The notes: a model not told the origin generated them from the sequence alone. A DNA stretch of 64,000 nucleotides from Burkholderiales bacterium (GCA_038206915.1 JBBRAI010000007.1:12005-76004); one strand, 5' to 3'; positions 10,525 through 21,296 are shown, numbered from the stretch's first letter. Translations and numbers: made by a program.

Positions 10525-10842
10525 CTACTTCTTGAGCGACAGCACCCATTTCACCAAAGACTTCACGTCGGCGTCCGGCACCGTCGCATTCGGCGGCATC
10601 GGTATCTGGCCCCAGACGCCGGCGCCGCCGTTCTTGACCTTGGCGACAAGCTTGGCCTCGGCGCCGGCATCGCCCTTGTACTTCGCGGCGACGTCATTGT
10701 ATGCAGGGCCGACCAGCTTCTTGTCCACGGAGTGGCAGGCAAGGCAATTATATTTCTTTGCCAGCGCTTCCTGCGCAAGCACATTGCCTGCGCTGGCGAG
10801 AAGTCCGGCCGACACGAGCAAACAGGTGGCGATTGTTTTCAT
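10525..10842 (-). CDS. Class I c-type cytochrome (c551/c552-like), secreted
   Basis: 105 aa. Signal peptide MKTIATCLLVSAGLLASAGNVLA, haem motif CLACH and a distal Met region (GQIPMPPN). Confidence 0.9.
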   Translation of the reverse strand: MKTIATCLLVSAGLLASAGNVLAQEALAKKYNCLACHSVDKKLVGPAYNDVAAKYKGDAGAEAKLVAKVKNGGAGVWGQIPMPPNATVPDADVKSLVKWVLSLKK

Positions 10843-10900
10843 TGTTTCTCCTTCGGAAGGTTTTGGTGTTCCAAGGTGCCGCATGCTACCGGAAATTGAC

Positions 10901-12979
10901 TCATTTGAGTACACCCAGCAGCGTGTCGAGCGTGTCCAAGGGTGGAAGACAAGTAACGCCCCGGCATACCCAGGCGTTGACAGCGCCGGGTACAACTGGC
11001 TTGTCCAGCGGCGCCGGCAGCAGCGCCGCCTCGGCGGACAGCGCCAGAACCAGAGTGGTCGGCAGAAACATCTGGTCCAGCGCGCGCCGCCAATCGCGCA
11101 TTTGCGCTTCCGGCCCGCGCAGCACGACGATCTGCGGGGGTTCGATCGCTTCCTCCAGCGCCATGAGCAGGCTGGCGCAGCCGCCGGGGTGCTCGGAGAG
11201 CACCGGATAGAACAGTTGCAGCGTGCGCGCCGCGGCATCGAGGTAGCGCGCATCCCCGGTGATATGTCCAAGGCGCTGCAGCGCGAATGCAGCCACGCCG
11301 TTGCCCGAAGGCGTGGCGCTGTCGTGGGCCGGCTTGGGCCGGTGGATCAGCTTTTCGTGGTCGTGGCTGGTGAAAAAGAAGCCGCCTTGCGTCGGATCGA
11401 AGAACTGCTGCAGCAGGACCTCGGCCAGGGCTTGCGCAAACTCAAGGTCGCGGGCTTGAAATTCGGTTTGCATGAGCTCGATCAGGGCCGCAAGCAGGAA
11501 GGCGTAGTCGTCCAGATAGGCGTTCAGGTGCGCGTGGCCGTCCTTGCAGGTGGCAAGCAGACGCGCACGTTCTGCCGCGTCGCCCTCGCGCCACAGGCGG
11601 GCGCGGATGAATTGCAGCGCCGCACGCGCCGAGGCCAGCCATTCAGGCCGGTCGAATACGCGCGCAGCCCGCGCCATGCCCGCGATCATCAGCGCATTCC
11701 AACTCGTCAGGATCTTCTCGTCGCGTCCGGGCCGGATGCGCTGTTCGCGTGCCGCGAACAACTTCGCGCGCGCACGCGCGAGCAGTGCGCCGCATTCCGC
11801 GGCGGACTTGCCCAGGCCGGCGGCGATATCCTCCAGCGCGCGCGCCACGTGCAGATGCCAATGACCGCCCTCGAAATTGGCCGCCTGGTCCAGGCCGTAG
11901 AATGGCGCGCATACGGCGTATTCTTCGTCGCTCAGCAGCGCGCGCGCCTGCTGCTGCGTCCATACGTAGAACTTTCCCTCCTCGTGCTCCGAATCGGCGT
12001 CGAGGCTGGAGTAGTAGCCGCCTTCCGGCGACTGCATCTCGCGCAGGGTCCAGGCCGCGGTTTCGTCCACCACCTCGGCGAACAGCGGATCGCGCGTCAG
12101 CGCCCAGGCATCGCTGTAGCAGGCCAGCAACGGCCCGTTGTCGTAGAGCATCTTCTCAAAATGCGGGATCAGCCAGTACGTGTCCACGCTGTAGCGGCAA
12201 AATCCGCCGCCGAGCTGGTCATAGATGCCGCCCACCGCCATGCGCCCCAGTGTGTAGACCGCCATTTTGAGCGCGTCGACGTCCTTGTCCCCGGCCGCTT
12301 CGGCCGCTTCCCCCGCCGCGTGGCGCCGCAGGCATAGCGCGAGGTCGGTGGGGTGCGGGAATTTGGGCGCAGCACCGAAGCCGCCGTAACGTGCATCAAA
12401 ACTTGCGGCCAGACTCTCCATCGCGCGCGCTACCGGGAGCGTTGAGAACTCCACCTGCTGCGCCGGGTTCTCCGGCTGCATGCGCGCAAAGCCGGCGACG
12501 ATGGCCTCGCCTTGCTGCCCGATCTGTGCGCGCTCGGCGTGGTAGAACTGCGCCACGCGCTCGAGCAGCTCGGCGAAACCGGGCAGGCCGTAGCGCGCGG
12601 ATTTGGGAAAATAGGTGCCGCCGAAAAACGGCTCCTGGCCGGACGTGAGGAACATGGTCAGCGGCCAGCCGCCGCTACGCTGGCTGATCATCTGCTGCGC
12701 GAGCTGGTAGATCTGATCGAGGTCGGGGCGCTCCTCGCGGTCGACCTTGATGTTGATGAAATGCCGGTTCATCAGCGCGGCGACTGCAGCGTCCTCGAAG
12801 GACTCGTGCGCCATCACATGGCACCAATGGCAGGCGGAGTAGCCGATCGAAAGCAGTATCGGCTTGTCCTGTGCGCGCGCCGCCTGCAGCGCCTCCTCGC
12901 CCCAGGCGTACCAGTCCACCGGATTGCCGGCGTGCTGCTGCAGGTAGGGGCTGGTCTCGCGCGCGAGGCGGTTGGGCAT
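10901..12979 (-). CDS. Thioredoxin-domain protein (YyaL/DUF255 family)
   Basis: 692 aa. N-terminal thioredoxin-like part with [13 protein letters not shown]...[18 protein letters not shown], followed by a six-hairpin-glycosidase-like body typical of this family. Confidence 0.85.
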   Translation of the reverse strand: MPNRLARETSPYLQQHAGNPVDWYAWGEEALQAARAQDKPILLSIGYSACHWCHVMAHESFEDAAVAALMNRHFINIKVDREERPDLDQIYQLAQQMISQRSGGWPLTMFLTSGQEPFFGGTYFPKSARYGLPGFAELLERVAQFYHAERAQIGQQGEAIVAGFARMQPENPAQQVEFSTLPVARAMESLAASFDARYGGFGAAPKFPHPTDLALCLRRHAAGEAAEAAGDKDVDALKMAVYTLGRMAVGGIYDQLGGGFCRYSVDTYWLIPHFEKMLYDNGPLLACYSDAWALTRDPLFAEVVDETAAWTLREMQSPEGGYYSSLDADSEHEEGKFYVWTQQQARALLSDEEYAVCAPFYGLDQAANFEGGHWHLHVARALEDIAAGLGKSAAECGALLARARAKLFAAREQRIRPGRDEKILTSWNALMIAGMARAARVFDRPEWLASARAALQFIRARLWREGDAAERARLLATCKDGHAHLNAYLDDYAFLLAALIELMQTEFQARDLEFAQALAEVLLQQFFDPTQGGFFFTSHDHEKLIHRPKPAHDSATPSGNGVAAFALQRLGHITGDARYLDAAARTLQLFYPVLSEHPGGCASLLMALEEAIEPPQIVVLRGPEAQMRDWRRALDQMFLPTTLVLALSAEAALLPAPLDKPVVPGAVNAWVCRGVTCLPPLDTLDTLLGVLK

Positions 12980-13003
12980 CGGATGCAGGTCCGGCCGGCG
13001 GCG

Positions 13004-14686
13004 CTACAGGTCGCCGTCGGTAATCGCGCCTTTGCTCGCCGTAGACACCAGCTTCATGTACTTTGCCAGCAGACCACGCGTATAGCGCGGCTTGGGCGCC
13101 TTCCACTTTTTGCGCCGCGCGGCGAATTCCTTCGCCGGGACGTTCAGCTGGATCAGGCGCTTCTTCGCGTCGATGGTAATCGAGTCGCCCTCCTTCACCA
13201 GCGCAATCGGCCCGCCCACATAGGCCTCCGGCGCGACATGGCCCACCACCATACCCCAGGTGCCGCCGGAAAACCGGCCATCCGTGATCAGTCCCACCGA
13301 CTCGCCAAGTCCTTGGCCGATCAACGCGGAAGTGGGTGCCAACATTTCTTGCATGCCCGGGCCGCCTTTCGGCCCCTCGTAGCGAATCACCACCACGTCT
13401 CCGGGCTTGATGCGCTTGGCCATAATCGCGTCCATGCACTTGGGCTCGGAGTCGAATACGCGCGCCGGACCGGTGATTGAGGTCTTCTTCAATCCGGTGA
13501 TTTTCGCCACACAGCCCTCGGGCGCAAGATTGCCCCTGAGGATGGCGAGGTGACCCTGCGCGTACATCGGCTTGTCCCACTGGCGGATCACGTCCTGGTC
13601 GCGCCGCGGCGCCCCCGGAACCGCCGCCAGCTCCTCGGCCATGGTGCGTCCGGTGATGGTGAGGCAGTCGCCGTGCAGCAAGCCGTGGGCGAGCAGCATT
13701 TTGAGCACCTGCGGCACGCCGCCGGCGCGGTGAAAATCGACCGCCACGTAGCGACCCGAGGGTTTCAGGTCACACAGCACCGGCACTTTGCGGCGCACGC
13801 GCTCGAAGTCGTCGATGCTCCATTTCACCTCGGCCGCGGAGGCGATCGCGAGATAGTGCAGCACCGCGTTGGTCGAGCCGCCGGTAGCCATCACCAGGCT
13901 GATCGCGTTCTCGATCGACTTGCGCGTGATGATCTGCCGCGGCAGGATCTGCTTGCGGATCGCGTTGACCAGCACCGCGGCCGAGTCGGCTGCGGATACT
14001 GCCTTCTCCGCGTCGGGCGAAGCCATCTGCGAAGATCCGAGCAGGCTCATGCCCAGCGCCTCGAACGAGGAGGACATGGTGTTGGCGGTGAACATGCCGC
14101 CGCAGGCGCCTACGGTGGGACAGGCGTTCTTCTCGATGCCGACCAAATCTTCCTTGCTCATCTTGCCCGCGGCGTAGGCGCCGACCGCCTCGAACGCGCT
14201 GACGATGGTGAGGTCCTGGCCCTTCCACTTGCCCGGCTTGATGGTGCCGGCATAGACGTAGATGGCGGGCACGTTCATGCGCGCGATGGCCATCATGCCG
14301 CCGGGCATGTTCTTGTCGCAGCCGCCGCAGACGAATACGCCGTCCATCGCCTGGCCGTTGACCGAGGTCTCGATGCAGTCGGCGATCACTTCGCGCGAAA
14401 CCAGGCTGTATTTCATCGCCTCCGTGCCCATGCCGATGCCGTCGGTGATGGTGGGTACGCCGAACACCTGCGGCTTCGCGCCGGCGGCCTCCAGCGCCGC
14501 CATGGCGCGATCAACCAGCGGCTGGATGCCAGCATTGCACGGGTTCATGGTCGAGTGGCCGTTGGCCACGCCGACGATGGGTTTGCTGAAATCACCATCG
14601 CGAAAGCCCACGGCGCGCAGCATTGCCCGGTTGGGGGAGCGGGCAACGCCCTGGGTGATTAGGCTGCTTCTGCGGTTTTCCGCCAT
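13004..14686 (-). CDS. ilvD: Dihydroxy-acid dehydratase
   Basis: 560 aa starting [23 protein letters not shown]. IlvD/Edd motifs ([16 protein letters not shown]). The track ORF extension to 15583 is antisense to the EamA gene. Confidence 0.92.
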   Translation of the reverse strand: MAENRRSSLITQGVARSPNRAMLRAVGFRDGDFSKPIVGVANGHSTMNPCNAGIQPLVDRAMAALEAAGAKPQVFGVPTITDGIGMGTEAMKYSLVSREVIADCIETSVNGQAMDGVFVCGGCDKNMPGGMMAIARMNVPAIYVYAGTIKPGKWKGQDLTIVSAFEAVGAYAAGKMSKEDLVGIEKNACPTVGACGGMFTANTMSSSFEALGMSLLGSSQMASPDAEKAVSAADSAAVLVNAIRKQILPRQIITRKSIENAISLVMATGGSTNAVLHYLAIASAAEVKWSIDDFERVRRKVPVLCDLKPSGRYVAVDFHRAGGVPQVLKMLLAHGLLHGDCLTITGRTMAEELAAVPGAPRRDQDVIRQWDKPMYAQGHLAILRGNLAPEGCVAKITGLKKTSITGPARVFDSEPKCMDAIMAKRIKPGDVVVIRYEGPKGGPGMQEMLAPTSALIGQGLGESVGLITDGRFSGGTWGMVVGHVAPEAYVGGPIALVKEGDSITIDAKKRLIQLNVPAKEFAARRKKWKAPKPRYTRGLLAKYMKLVSTASKGAITDGDL

Positions 14687-14712
14687 GACATGCTCCTTCG
14701 CTATGCTTGATA

Positions 14713-15648
14713 TTAGGAATTCGTGGGAGCCTGAGACGATAGCACCGGCTCCGGCTTGAGACAACCGAGTATGGCGCCGCCCGCGACCAGCACGAAACCC
14801 GCGGCATGATAGACGAACAGCCGCTCGCCGAGAAACAGCGTGGCGAACAGGCTGGAGAACACCGGCATCAGGTGGATCAGGATGCCCGCGCGCACTGCGC
14901 CGACGCGCTCCACGCCGTAGCTGAACAGGGCGGTCGACACCAGCGTCGCAAGCGCGCCGATATAGAACAGGCCCAGCAGTTCGCGCGCGCCCAGGTGCAC
15001 GCCGCCGGCATGCGCCCACTGGAACGCGGCGAAGGGCAGGGTCAGCGATTCGCCCATCAGCGCCATGACGAACACGAAGGCGAACAGCGACAGGGACTTT
15101 GGCCGGTTCTGCAGGCCCAGGGTGTAGATCGCCCATACCAGCATCGCGCCCAGCATGATCAGGTCGCCGGCATTGAACTGCAGGCGCAGCAGCGCGCGCA
15201 GTTCGCCGTGCGCCAGGATCAGCAGCACGCCGGCGAACGACAGCGCAAGGCCGACGCCTTCGAGCCGGCGCGGCCGCCGCGCATGCCAGCCCCAGCTGAT
15301 CAGGATGATGAGCACCGGGATGGTCGAGTTGAGCAGGCCGAGGTTGATCGCCGTGCTCTGCGCGAGGCCGGTATAGACCAGTGCGCTCTGCGGCGCGCCG
15401 CCGACCAGCGTCAGGAACAGCAGTTGTTTCCAGTCGCGCGCAAGCGCCCGCGCGATCCCGCCGCGCTCGCGCCATACCAGTGGCAGCAGCACGCCGAAGG
15501 CCACGCCCCAGCGCGCCGCCGCCATGACCAGCGGCGGGATGGTTTCCATGAGCGCACGCGATACCACTGCGATGCTGCCCCACAAGGCGGTGGTGCAGAT
15601 CAGCGCCAGATAGGCCAGTGCTAGCGCGCGATTCTTGCTTGATGGCAT
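14713..15648 (-). CDS. DMT-superfamily (EamA-like) transporter
   Basis: 311 aa, about 10 TM segments, two EamA-type halves. Confidence 0.8.
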   Translation of the reverse strand: MPSSKNRALALAYLALICTTALWGSIAVVSRALMETIPPLVMAAARWGVAFGVLLPLVWRERGGIARALARDWKQLLFLTLVGGAPQSALVYTGLAQSTAINLGLLNSTIPVLIILISWGWHARRPRRLEGVGLALSFAGVLLILAHGELRALLRLQFNAGDLIMLGAMLVWAIYTLGLQNRPKSLSLFAFVFVMALMGESLTLPFAAFQWAHAGGVHLGARELLGLFYIGALATLVSTALFSYGVERVGAVRAGILIHLMPVFSSLFATLFLGERLFVYHAAGFVLVAGGAILGCLKPEPVLSSQAPTNS

Positions 15649-15748
15649 AGGGAGGCGAGCGAAATGCGGCGCGGCGTCGGTTCTCGTTGCGAATACGCTT
15701 TACAATATGGACTACATTCTAATCCCGCGCCGTGATCGAACTCGCTTG

Positions 15749-15891
15749 ATGCTGACCCCACCCAATCGATTTGCGCCGCCATCGGCCGGCGTGCGCTCGT
15801 GCTGATCCATCCCAACATTGATCCGGTGGCGATTGGTTCCGTGTTACGAGTGATCGCGCCATGCTTCTTCGGCGCTGACCGCCCATGCTGA
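15749..15891 (+). repeat. Two decayed tandem copies of the lgt 5' end, forming a chain of overlapping mini-ORFs
   Basis: atgctgaccccaccc... (15749) and gtgctgatccatcccaacattgatccggtggcgatt... (15799) both resemble the true lgt start atgctgatccaccccgacatagatccggtcgcgatc (15885). Each mini-ORF ends at the TGA embedded in the next (A/G)TGCTGA. Confidence 0.75.
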
Positions 15892-16664
15892 TCCACCCCG
15901 ACATAGATCCGGTCGCGATCGCAATAGGCCCGCTGGCAGTGCGCTGGTACGGCTTGATGTACCTGCTCGGCTTCGGCATCGCCTTCGCGCTCGCGCGCAG
16001 CCGCATCAAGCGCGGCATGAGCGGCAGCATCACGTACGAAATATTCGACGACCTGTTCTTTTTCAGCGTGCTCGGCGTGGTGCTCGGCGGGCGCCTGGGT
16101 TACGTGCTGTTCTACAAACTGGCCTACTACGCCGCGCATCCGCTCGATATTTTCGCGGTATGGCAGGGCGGCATGTCTTTCCATGGCGGATTCCTCGGCG
16201 TGCTGCTGGCGATGGTCTATATCGCGCGCAAACACCGCATCCGCTGGCTTGCGGTTACCGATTTCATCGCGCCGCTGATTCCGCCGGCGCTGGGCGCGGG
16301 GCGCATCGGCAACTTCATCAACGGCGAACTGTGGGGGCGGGTCACCGAGCTGCCCTGGGGCATGGTGTTCCGCGGCGCGGGGCCGCTGCCGCGCCACCCC
16401 TCGCAGCTGTACGAATTCGCCCTCGAGGGCGTACTGTTGTTCACCCTGCTGTGGCTGTATTCGGCCAGGCCGCGCCCGCGCGGGGCGGTATCGGCGGTGT
16501 TCCTGATCGGCTACGGCGCGCTGCGTTTCATCGCCGAATTCTTCCGCGAACCCGACGATTTTCTCGGCCTGCTGGCGTTCAATCTGTCCATGGGGCAGTG
16601 GCTGTCCCTGCCGATGATCGCCGCCGGCATCGTCATGCTCGCCTGGGCCACACGAAAGGTGTAA
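15885..16664 (+). CDS. lgt: Prolipoprotein diacylglyceryl transferase
   Basis: 259 aa. Lgt hallmarks: [34 protein letters not shown]. Confidence 0.92.
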   Translation: MLIHPDIDPVAIAIGPLAVRWYGLMYLLGFGIAFALARSRIKRGMSGSITYEIFDDLFFFSVLGVVLGGRLGYVLFYKLAYYAAHPLDIFAVWQGGMSFHGGFLGVLLAMVYIARKHRIRWLAVTDFIAPLIPPALGAGRIGNFINGELWGRVTELPWGMVFRGAGPLPRHPSQLYEFALEGVLLFTLLWLYSARPRPRGAVSAVFLIGYGALRFIAEFFREPDDFLGLLAFNLSMGQWLSLPMIAAGIVMLAWATRKV

Positions 16665-16684
16665 TCTATTCGCAGGGGGTCGCC

Positions 16685-16897
16685 ATGGATGACGATGAAT
16701 CGCTACACGCAGCGCTGCGCCAGCGCATCAGCGAACTGCGGACCGAGCACGATGACCTCGACGACGCCATCGCGCGCCTGTCGGAAAAGCCTCTGCCCGA
16801 CCAGCTGCGCCTGCAGCGGCTCAAAAAGCGCAAGCTGCTGCTGAAAGACCAGCTCACGCATCTCGAACGCCAGCTCGACCCGGACGTCCTGGCTTAG
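16685..16897 (+). CDS. DUF465 (YdcH-like) small coiled-coil protein
   Basis: 70 aa. MDDDESLHAALRQRISELRTEHDDLDDAI...LQRLKKRKLLLKDQL matches the DUF465 pattern. Confidence 0.75.
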   Translation: MDDDESLHAALRQRISELRTEHDDLDDAIARLSEKPLPDQLRLQRLKKRKLLLKDQLTHLERQLDPDVLA

Positions 16898-16966
16898 GCA
16901 CCGGGCGGATTCCGGCGCGCGTCTGGCGGGAACCATCCCGCCGGGCGTGCTCTTGCCTCCTCGGGC

Positions 16967-17350
16967 TCAGTTGCGCCTGGCCGACAGCAGCCCGGCCTTG
17001 AGCCCGGTTGCCACGCTGGCGTCCTCCAGCCGCAGGAACGTGGCGTAACCTTCGGGCGCCACAGCAAAGCCGTATGACAGCGTTCCCCTGAGGCGCACCG
17101 CCTGCGGGCTGAACAGCCCGGCGCCCGGGCTGAATCCCGGCAGGTGCACATACGCCACCGGCGCCTCGGCGCAATCCGGGCACACCCCGGCCGCGCCCGC
17201 CAGCGTGATCTGGCGCGGGTCGCTGTGCATGGCGACCAGGTAGCCGCGCAGTTCTATCTGTTGGCCTGAAAGCGCGTCGGCGCGCTTGCTGAACGTCATG
17301 CGCTGGGTGCCAATATGATCGAACAGGTCGCGGAAAGAAATGTTCTGCAT
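16967..17350 (-). CDS. Hypothetical protein (127 aa)
   Basis: Starts MQNISFRDLF, 28 nt after the TauE stop. Protein-like composition, single CPDC motif, no recognisable family. Confidence 0.5.
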   Translation of the reverse strand: MQNISFRDLFDHIGTQRMTFSKRADALSGQQIELRGYLVAMHSDPRQITLAGAAGVCPDCAEAPVAYVHLPGFSPGAGLFSPQAVRLRGTLSYGFAVAPEGYATFLRLEDASVATGLKAGLLSARRN

Positions 17351-17378
17351 GCGCAATTCTACCGCTGCCGCCGGCGCT

Positions 17379-18119
17379 TCAGCCCAGCGCGCGCAGAACC
17401 AGGGAGCCGCCGGTCGCGAGCAGCAGCAGCGCCACCAGGCGCAACAACAGTTCGTGCGAGATGTGCCGGAACAGGCGCGATGCGACGCTGACGCCGACAA
17501 ACGCCGCGGGCAGCACGGCGAGCGCGGCGAGCAGCACTTCGCGCTTCAGCAACAGGCCGGTGAGCGCGAATGCCACTACGCGCATGCCTATGCTGAATAC
17601 CGTGGTCAGCGTGAGCGTGGCGCGGAACTGCTCCTTGGCGAGCGGCCGGTGCGAAAGATAGATTGCGTAGGGCGGACCGCCCGCGCCGAACAGGGTGCTG
17701 GTCACGCCGCCGACGAATCCGGCGACATAGGCCCAGCCGGTTCCCACGATCGCGCCCCCCGGCCGGCGCAGCAGGCTGTAGGCGGCATACAGCACGACGA
17801 ACACGCCGAGCGCCAGCATCGCGCCGGCGCGCGGCAGGTTGACTAGCGCAGTCACGCCGGCGACCGTGCCGGCCAGCACCATCGGCACCATGCGCACGAG
17901 CTCGTCCTTTTTCGCGTCCTGCGGGCGCCGCAGGCCGATGCGCAGCGCATTGCCCAGATCCATCAGCGCGAACACCGACAGCGCGAACGGCAGCGGCACG
18001 AAATGGGTCGCCAGCGGAATGGTCACCAGCGCAGCGCCGAAACCGGTAATGCCGTAGACCAGGGAGCCGAGAAAAGCGATCCCCGCGATCAGCAGCAGCA
18101 TGCCCGCGTCATGCGGCAT
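17379..18119 (-). CDS. TauE/SafE-family anion permease
   Basis: 246-aa polytopic protein of the TSUP/TauE family (ITGFGAALVTIPL..., FGAGGPPYAIY). 6-nt gap to the upstream dehydrogenase gene. Confidence 0.8.
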   Translation of the reverse strand: MPHDAGMLLLIAGIAFLGSLVYGITGFGAALVTIPLATHFVPLPFALSVFALMDLGNALRIGLRRPQDAKKDELVRMVPMVLAGTVAGVTALVNLPRAGAMLALGVFVVLYAAYSLLRRPGGAIVGTGWAYVAGFVGGVTSTLFGAGGPPYAIYLSHRPLAKEQFRATLTLTTVFSIGMRVVAFALTGLLLKREVLLAALAVLPAAFVGVSVASRLFRHISHELLLRLVALLLLATGGSLVLRALG

Positions 18120-18125
18120 CGGCGC

Positions 18126-21100
18126 TTAGTGGCCGCCGGGAGCGCGCAGCGCCCGCGCCAGCACCTGGGCGACGTGCACCGCGCTGCGTGCGGCAGCGCC
18201 GGAATCCGCATCGCTCCTGAGGCCGTCGTGTATCTGATGGCGGCAGCTGGTGCCATCGGCCACGAGCAGCGTATCGGCGCCCGCCGAGCGCAGCGCGGGC
18301 AGCAAAGAAGCTTCGGCCATCTTCATGGAAATTTCGTAGTGCTCGGCCTCGTAGCCGAACGCACCGGCCATGCCGCAGCAGCCGGACTCAACGGTTTCCA
18401 CCTGCAGCTGCGGGACCAGTCGCAGCACCTGCTCCACGGAGGACATCGCGCCGAACGCCTTCTGATGGCAATGGCCGTGCAGCAGCGCCTTCTTCTCGGG
18501 CAAGGCGTGCAGTTCCAGTTTCAGCCGGCCGGCTTTGTGCTCGGCCGCGAGGAACTCCTCGAACAACAGCGCGTGCGCCGCGAGCGCATCGGTCTCGGCG
18601 CCGGGCAGCATGGATTTGAATTCGTCGCACAGGGTGTATAGACAGGAAGGCTCCAGCCCGATGACAGGAATGCCGCGCGCCACATAGAGCGCAAGCGCTA
18701 CGACAGTGCGCCGCGCCTCCGCCCGGGCCTCATCGACCAGGCCGCTGGCGAGGAAGGTGCGGCCGCAGCATAGCGGGCGCGCGTTTTCCTTGCCCGAGTC
18801 AACCGCGCGCGCAAGGTGCACGTGATAGCCGGCCGCCTCCAGCACCGCCTGCGCCGCGCGCGCATTGTCGGGCTCAAAGTAGTTGTTGAAGGTGTCGACC
18901 AGCAGCGCCACTTCGCGCTGACCCGCTGGTGTTTCGCCGGCGACGGCACGGGGCCGCGACAGGAATGCGTCGCTGCGCCACTTGGGCAAGGAACGCTTCG
19001 CCGACAGGCCCAGCAGCGTTTCGCCCAGGCCGGCGAGGCCAGGAACAGCCTCGCGCAGGTTGGCAAGCGCGGGCAGGCGCGCGGCCCAGGGCGCGTAGCG
19101 CGGCAGCCAGGCGATGAGCCTGTCCTTCAGCGAACGCCCGTGGCGCTTGCCATAGTGGTACAGAAACTCGATTTTCATCTTCGCCATGTCGACGCCGGTC
19201 GGGCATTCGCGCCTGCAGCCCTTGCAGCTCACGCACAAGTCCATGACCGCACGCATGGGTTCCGAAGTGAACGCGTCCGCGCCGAGTTGTCCGGAGAGCG
19301 CAAGGCGCAGCGTATTGGCGCGGCCGCGGGTGAGGTCGCGCTCATTGCCGGTGGCACGGAACGACGGACACATCGTGCCGGCGTCGAACTTGCGGCAATG
19401 GCCGTTGTTGTTGCACATCTCCACCGCGGCGACAAAGCCGCGGCTAGACGCGGCGCTACTTTGGAATCCGCGGCTAGACGCGGCGCTACCTTGGAATCCG
19501 CGGCTAGACGCGGCGCTACTTTGGAATCCGCGGCTGGACGCGGCGCTCGCCGGCGCGCTTTCGCCGGGCGCGGTTTCACCTGGAACTATCCACTCGCTCC
19601 AGTCGAGCGCGGTGTCCAACTGCTGCGCGGCATAGCCCGGCTTGTAGCGGAACAGGCTGCGGTCGTCCTGTTTCGAGCCGCGCACGATCTTGCCCGGATT
19701 CATCAGGCCGCGCGGATCGAACAGGTCCTTGATTTCTTCCAGCGCGCGCATCAATCGGGAACCGATGATGGGCTCAATCCACTCGGTGCGCACCAGACCG
19801 TCGCCGTGCTCGCCCGAATAGGCGGCGCCCTTGTAGCTGCGCACCAGTTCGCATGCCTCCTCGGCGATGGCGCGCATTTGTTTGGCGCCGCCTTCCTTCA
19901 TGTTGAGCACCGGGCGCACGTGCAGCGTCCCGACCGATGCGTGCGCATACCAGGTGCCGCGGGTGCCGTGCTTGGCAAACACCTGCGTCAGCCTGTCGGT
20001 GTATTCGGCCAGGTGTTCCAGCGGCACGGCGCAGTCCTCGATAAAAGACACCGGCTTGCCTTCGCCCTTCATCGACATCATGATGTTGAGGCCGGCTTTG
20101 CGCACCTCCCACACCTGCTTCTGCAGGCCCGCATCGGTGATCTCGACCACGCCGCCTGGAAAGCCGAGCTCGGCCATCAATTCCACCAGCTGCCGCAGCT
20201 TGGCGCGCTGCTCGGCGCCATCGTCGCCGGCGAATTCGACCAGCAGGATCGCATCCGGATCGCCCTTGATGAAACGTTCGACGACGGGCTTGAATGCGGC
20301 ATTGGCGCGCGCCAGCCCTATCATCGTGCGGTCCACCAGTTCCACCGCAGTAGGCGCGAGCTTGACGATATGCTGGGGCGCATGCATCGACTGGCGGAAC
20401 GTCGGGAAATGGCACACGCCCAGTGTCTTGTGCGCGGGCAGTGGCGCAAGGTCGAGGTGGATGCGCCGCGAATACGCGAGCGTTCCTTCCGAACCTACCA
20501 GCAGATGCGCGAGGTTGTGCGCGAGCGGCGCGTCCTCTGTCCCCGGCTGCACCATGTCAATGTTGTAGCCCTGCACCCGGCGCAGCACCTTGGGCCAGCG
20601 CGCCGCGATCTCGGCCGCCTCGCGCCGCACCACGGCGTGCACACGCGCTACCAGTTCCCTATAGGCCGCGGGCGCACCGGCGACCTGCTCGCTCGCGCCG
20701 AAATGAAACTCGGCGCCGTCGGCGAGCAGCGCGTCGATGCCGCGCACGTTGTGCACCATGTTGCCGTAGCGTATCGAGCGCGAGCCGCAGGAATTGTTTC
20801 CCGCCATGCCGCCCAGCGTCGCCTGGGCGCTGGTAGAAACGTCCACCGGGAACCACAGGCCGTGCGGCTTGAGCCAGGCATTCAACTGGTCCAGCACCAG
20901 TCCGGGCTGCACCACTGCCGTGCGCGCGTCCTTGTCGAAGGCGAGGATACGGTTGAGGTACTTGGAATTGTCGATCACCAGGGCTGCGCCCACGGTCTGA
21001 CCGCATTGCGAAGTGCCGGCGCCGCGCGGCAGGATCGGTACCCCTGCGCTGGCCGCGATCTGGATTGCGATGCGCGCGTCCTCTTCGGACTGCGGCACCA

Positions 21101-21275
21101 CCACGCCCACCGGCTCGATCTGGTAAATCGAGGCGTCAGTGGAATAGCGGCCGCGACTGGCAGCATCGAACAGCACTTCGCCCCTGAGCTCGCGCCGCAG
21201 CTGCGCCGCGAGCGCACTATCGCCCACATGCGGGTGGCGCGTGACGCGCGCGACCTGCGTCGGTGCCCGATCCAT
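18126..21275 (-). CDS. FAD-binding and (Fe-S)-binding fusion oxidoreductase (GlcD-GlcF-like, YdiJ family)
   Basis: 1049 aa. N-terminal FAD/PCMH oxidase domain (VVPQSEEDARIAIQIAASAGVPILPRGAGTS), a central 4Fe-4S dicluster region (CNNNGHCRK...MCPS, CVSCKGCRRECP) and C-terminal CCG Cys-rich domains. Confidence 0.85.
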   Translation of the reverse strand: MDRAPTQVARVTRHPHVGDSALAAQLRRELRGEVLFDAASRGRYSTDASIYQIEPVGVVVPQSEEDARIAIQIAASAGVPILPRGAGTSQCGQTVGAALVIDNSKYLNRILAFDKDARTAVVQPGLVLDQLNAWLKPHGLWFPVDVSTSAQATLGGMAGNNSCGSRSIRYGNMVHNVRGIDALLADGAEFHFGASEQVAGAPAAYRELVARVHAVVRREAAEIAARWPKVLRRVQGYNIDMVQPGTEDAPLAHNLAHLLVGSEGTLAYSRRIHLDLAPLPAHKTLGVCHFPTFRQSMHAPQHIVKLAPTAVELVDRTMIGLARANAAFKPVVERFIKGDPDAILLVEFAGDDGAEQRAKLRQLVELMAELGFPGGVVEITDAGLQKQVWEVRKAGLNIMMSMKGEGKPVSFIEDCAVPLEHLAEYTDRLTQVFAKHGTRGTWYAHASVGTLHVRPVLNMKEGGAKQMRAIAEEACELVRSYKGAAYSGEHGDGLVRTEWIEPIIGSRLMRALEEIKDLFDPRGLMNPGKIVRGSKQDDRSLFRYKPGYAAQQLDTALDWSEWIVPGETAPGESAPASAASSRGFQSSAASSRGFQGSAASSRGFQSSAASSRGFVAAVEMCNNNGHCRKFDAGTMCPSFRATGNERDLTRGRANTLRLALSGQLGADAFTSEPMRAVMDLCVSCKGCRRECPTGVDMAKMKIEFLYHYGKRHGRSLKDRLIAWLPRYAPWAARLPALANLREAVPGLAGLGETLLGLSAKRSLPKWRSDAFLSRPRAVAGETPAGQREVALLVDTFNNYFEPDNARAAQAVLEAAGYHVHLARAVDSGKENARPLCCGRTFLASGLVDEARAEARRTVVALALYVARGIPVIGLEPSCLYTLCDEFKSMLPGAETDALAAHALLFEEFLAAEHKAGRLKLELHALPEKKALLHGHCHQKAFGAMSSVEQVLRLVPQLQVETVESGCCGMAGAFGYEAEHYEISMKMAEASLLPALRSAGADTLLVADGTSCRHQIHDGLRSDADSGAAARSAVHVAQVLARALRAPGGH
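19438..19548. repeat. In-frame 30-bp tandem repeat (3 full copies plus 1 partial) inside the FAD/Fe-S oxidoreductase gene
   Basis: Unit ccgcggctagacgcggcgctac(t/c)ttggaat at 19438, 19468 and 19498, with a partial fourth copy. It encodes SAASSRGFQ(S/G) x3 and then SAASSRGFVAAVEMC. Confidence 0.95.
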
Positions 21276-21296
21276 GGGTCGTCGAATCCGCGCCGG

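Noticed and set aside
10532-12337. 601-aa plus-strand ORF, and similar long ORFs in the track: 18816-21335 (+), 24239-25798 (-), 25921-27069 (-), 27075-27989 (-), 31287-32309 (-), 33130-34167 (+), 33954-35102 (+), 40704-41771 (-), 43185-44354 (+), 44430-45686 (+), 52466-53626 (+), 55515-56417 (+), 62122-63354 (+)
   Set aside because: Each lies antisense to, or out of frame with, a gene that has clear family signatures. Their translations are Arg/Ala/Gly/His-rich and low-complexity, with no motifs. This is typical of stop-codon-poor shadow frames in high-GC DNA.
14687-15583. Long upstream extension of the ilvD ORF (859-aa version)
   Set aside because: Full-length IlvD homology starts at MAENRRSS (14686). 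The extension overlaps the EamA transporter gene in another frame.
17379-18119. Naming the TauE/SafE permeases 'sulfite exporter'
   Set aside because: Only family membership can be read from the sequence. No sulfite-generating enzyme is adjacent, so the specific substrate is left open.
19438-19548. CRISPR-like regular repeats (also considered for 5939-6082)
   Set aside because: The units are directly adjacent with no spacers. One array is in frame inside a coding gene, and no cas genes are present. These are tandem duplications, not CRISPR arrays.
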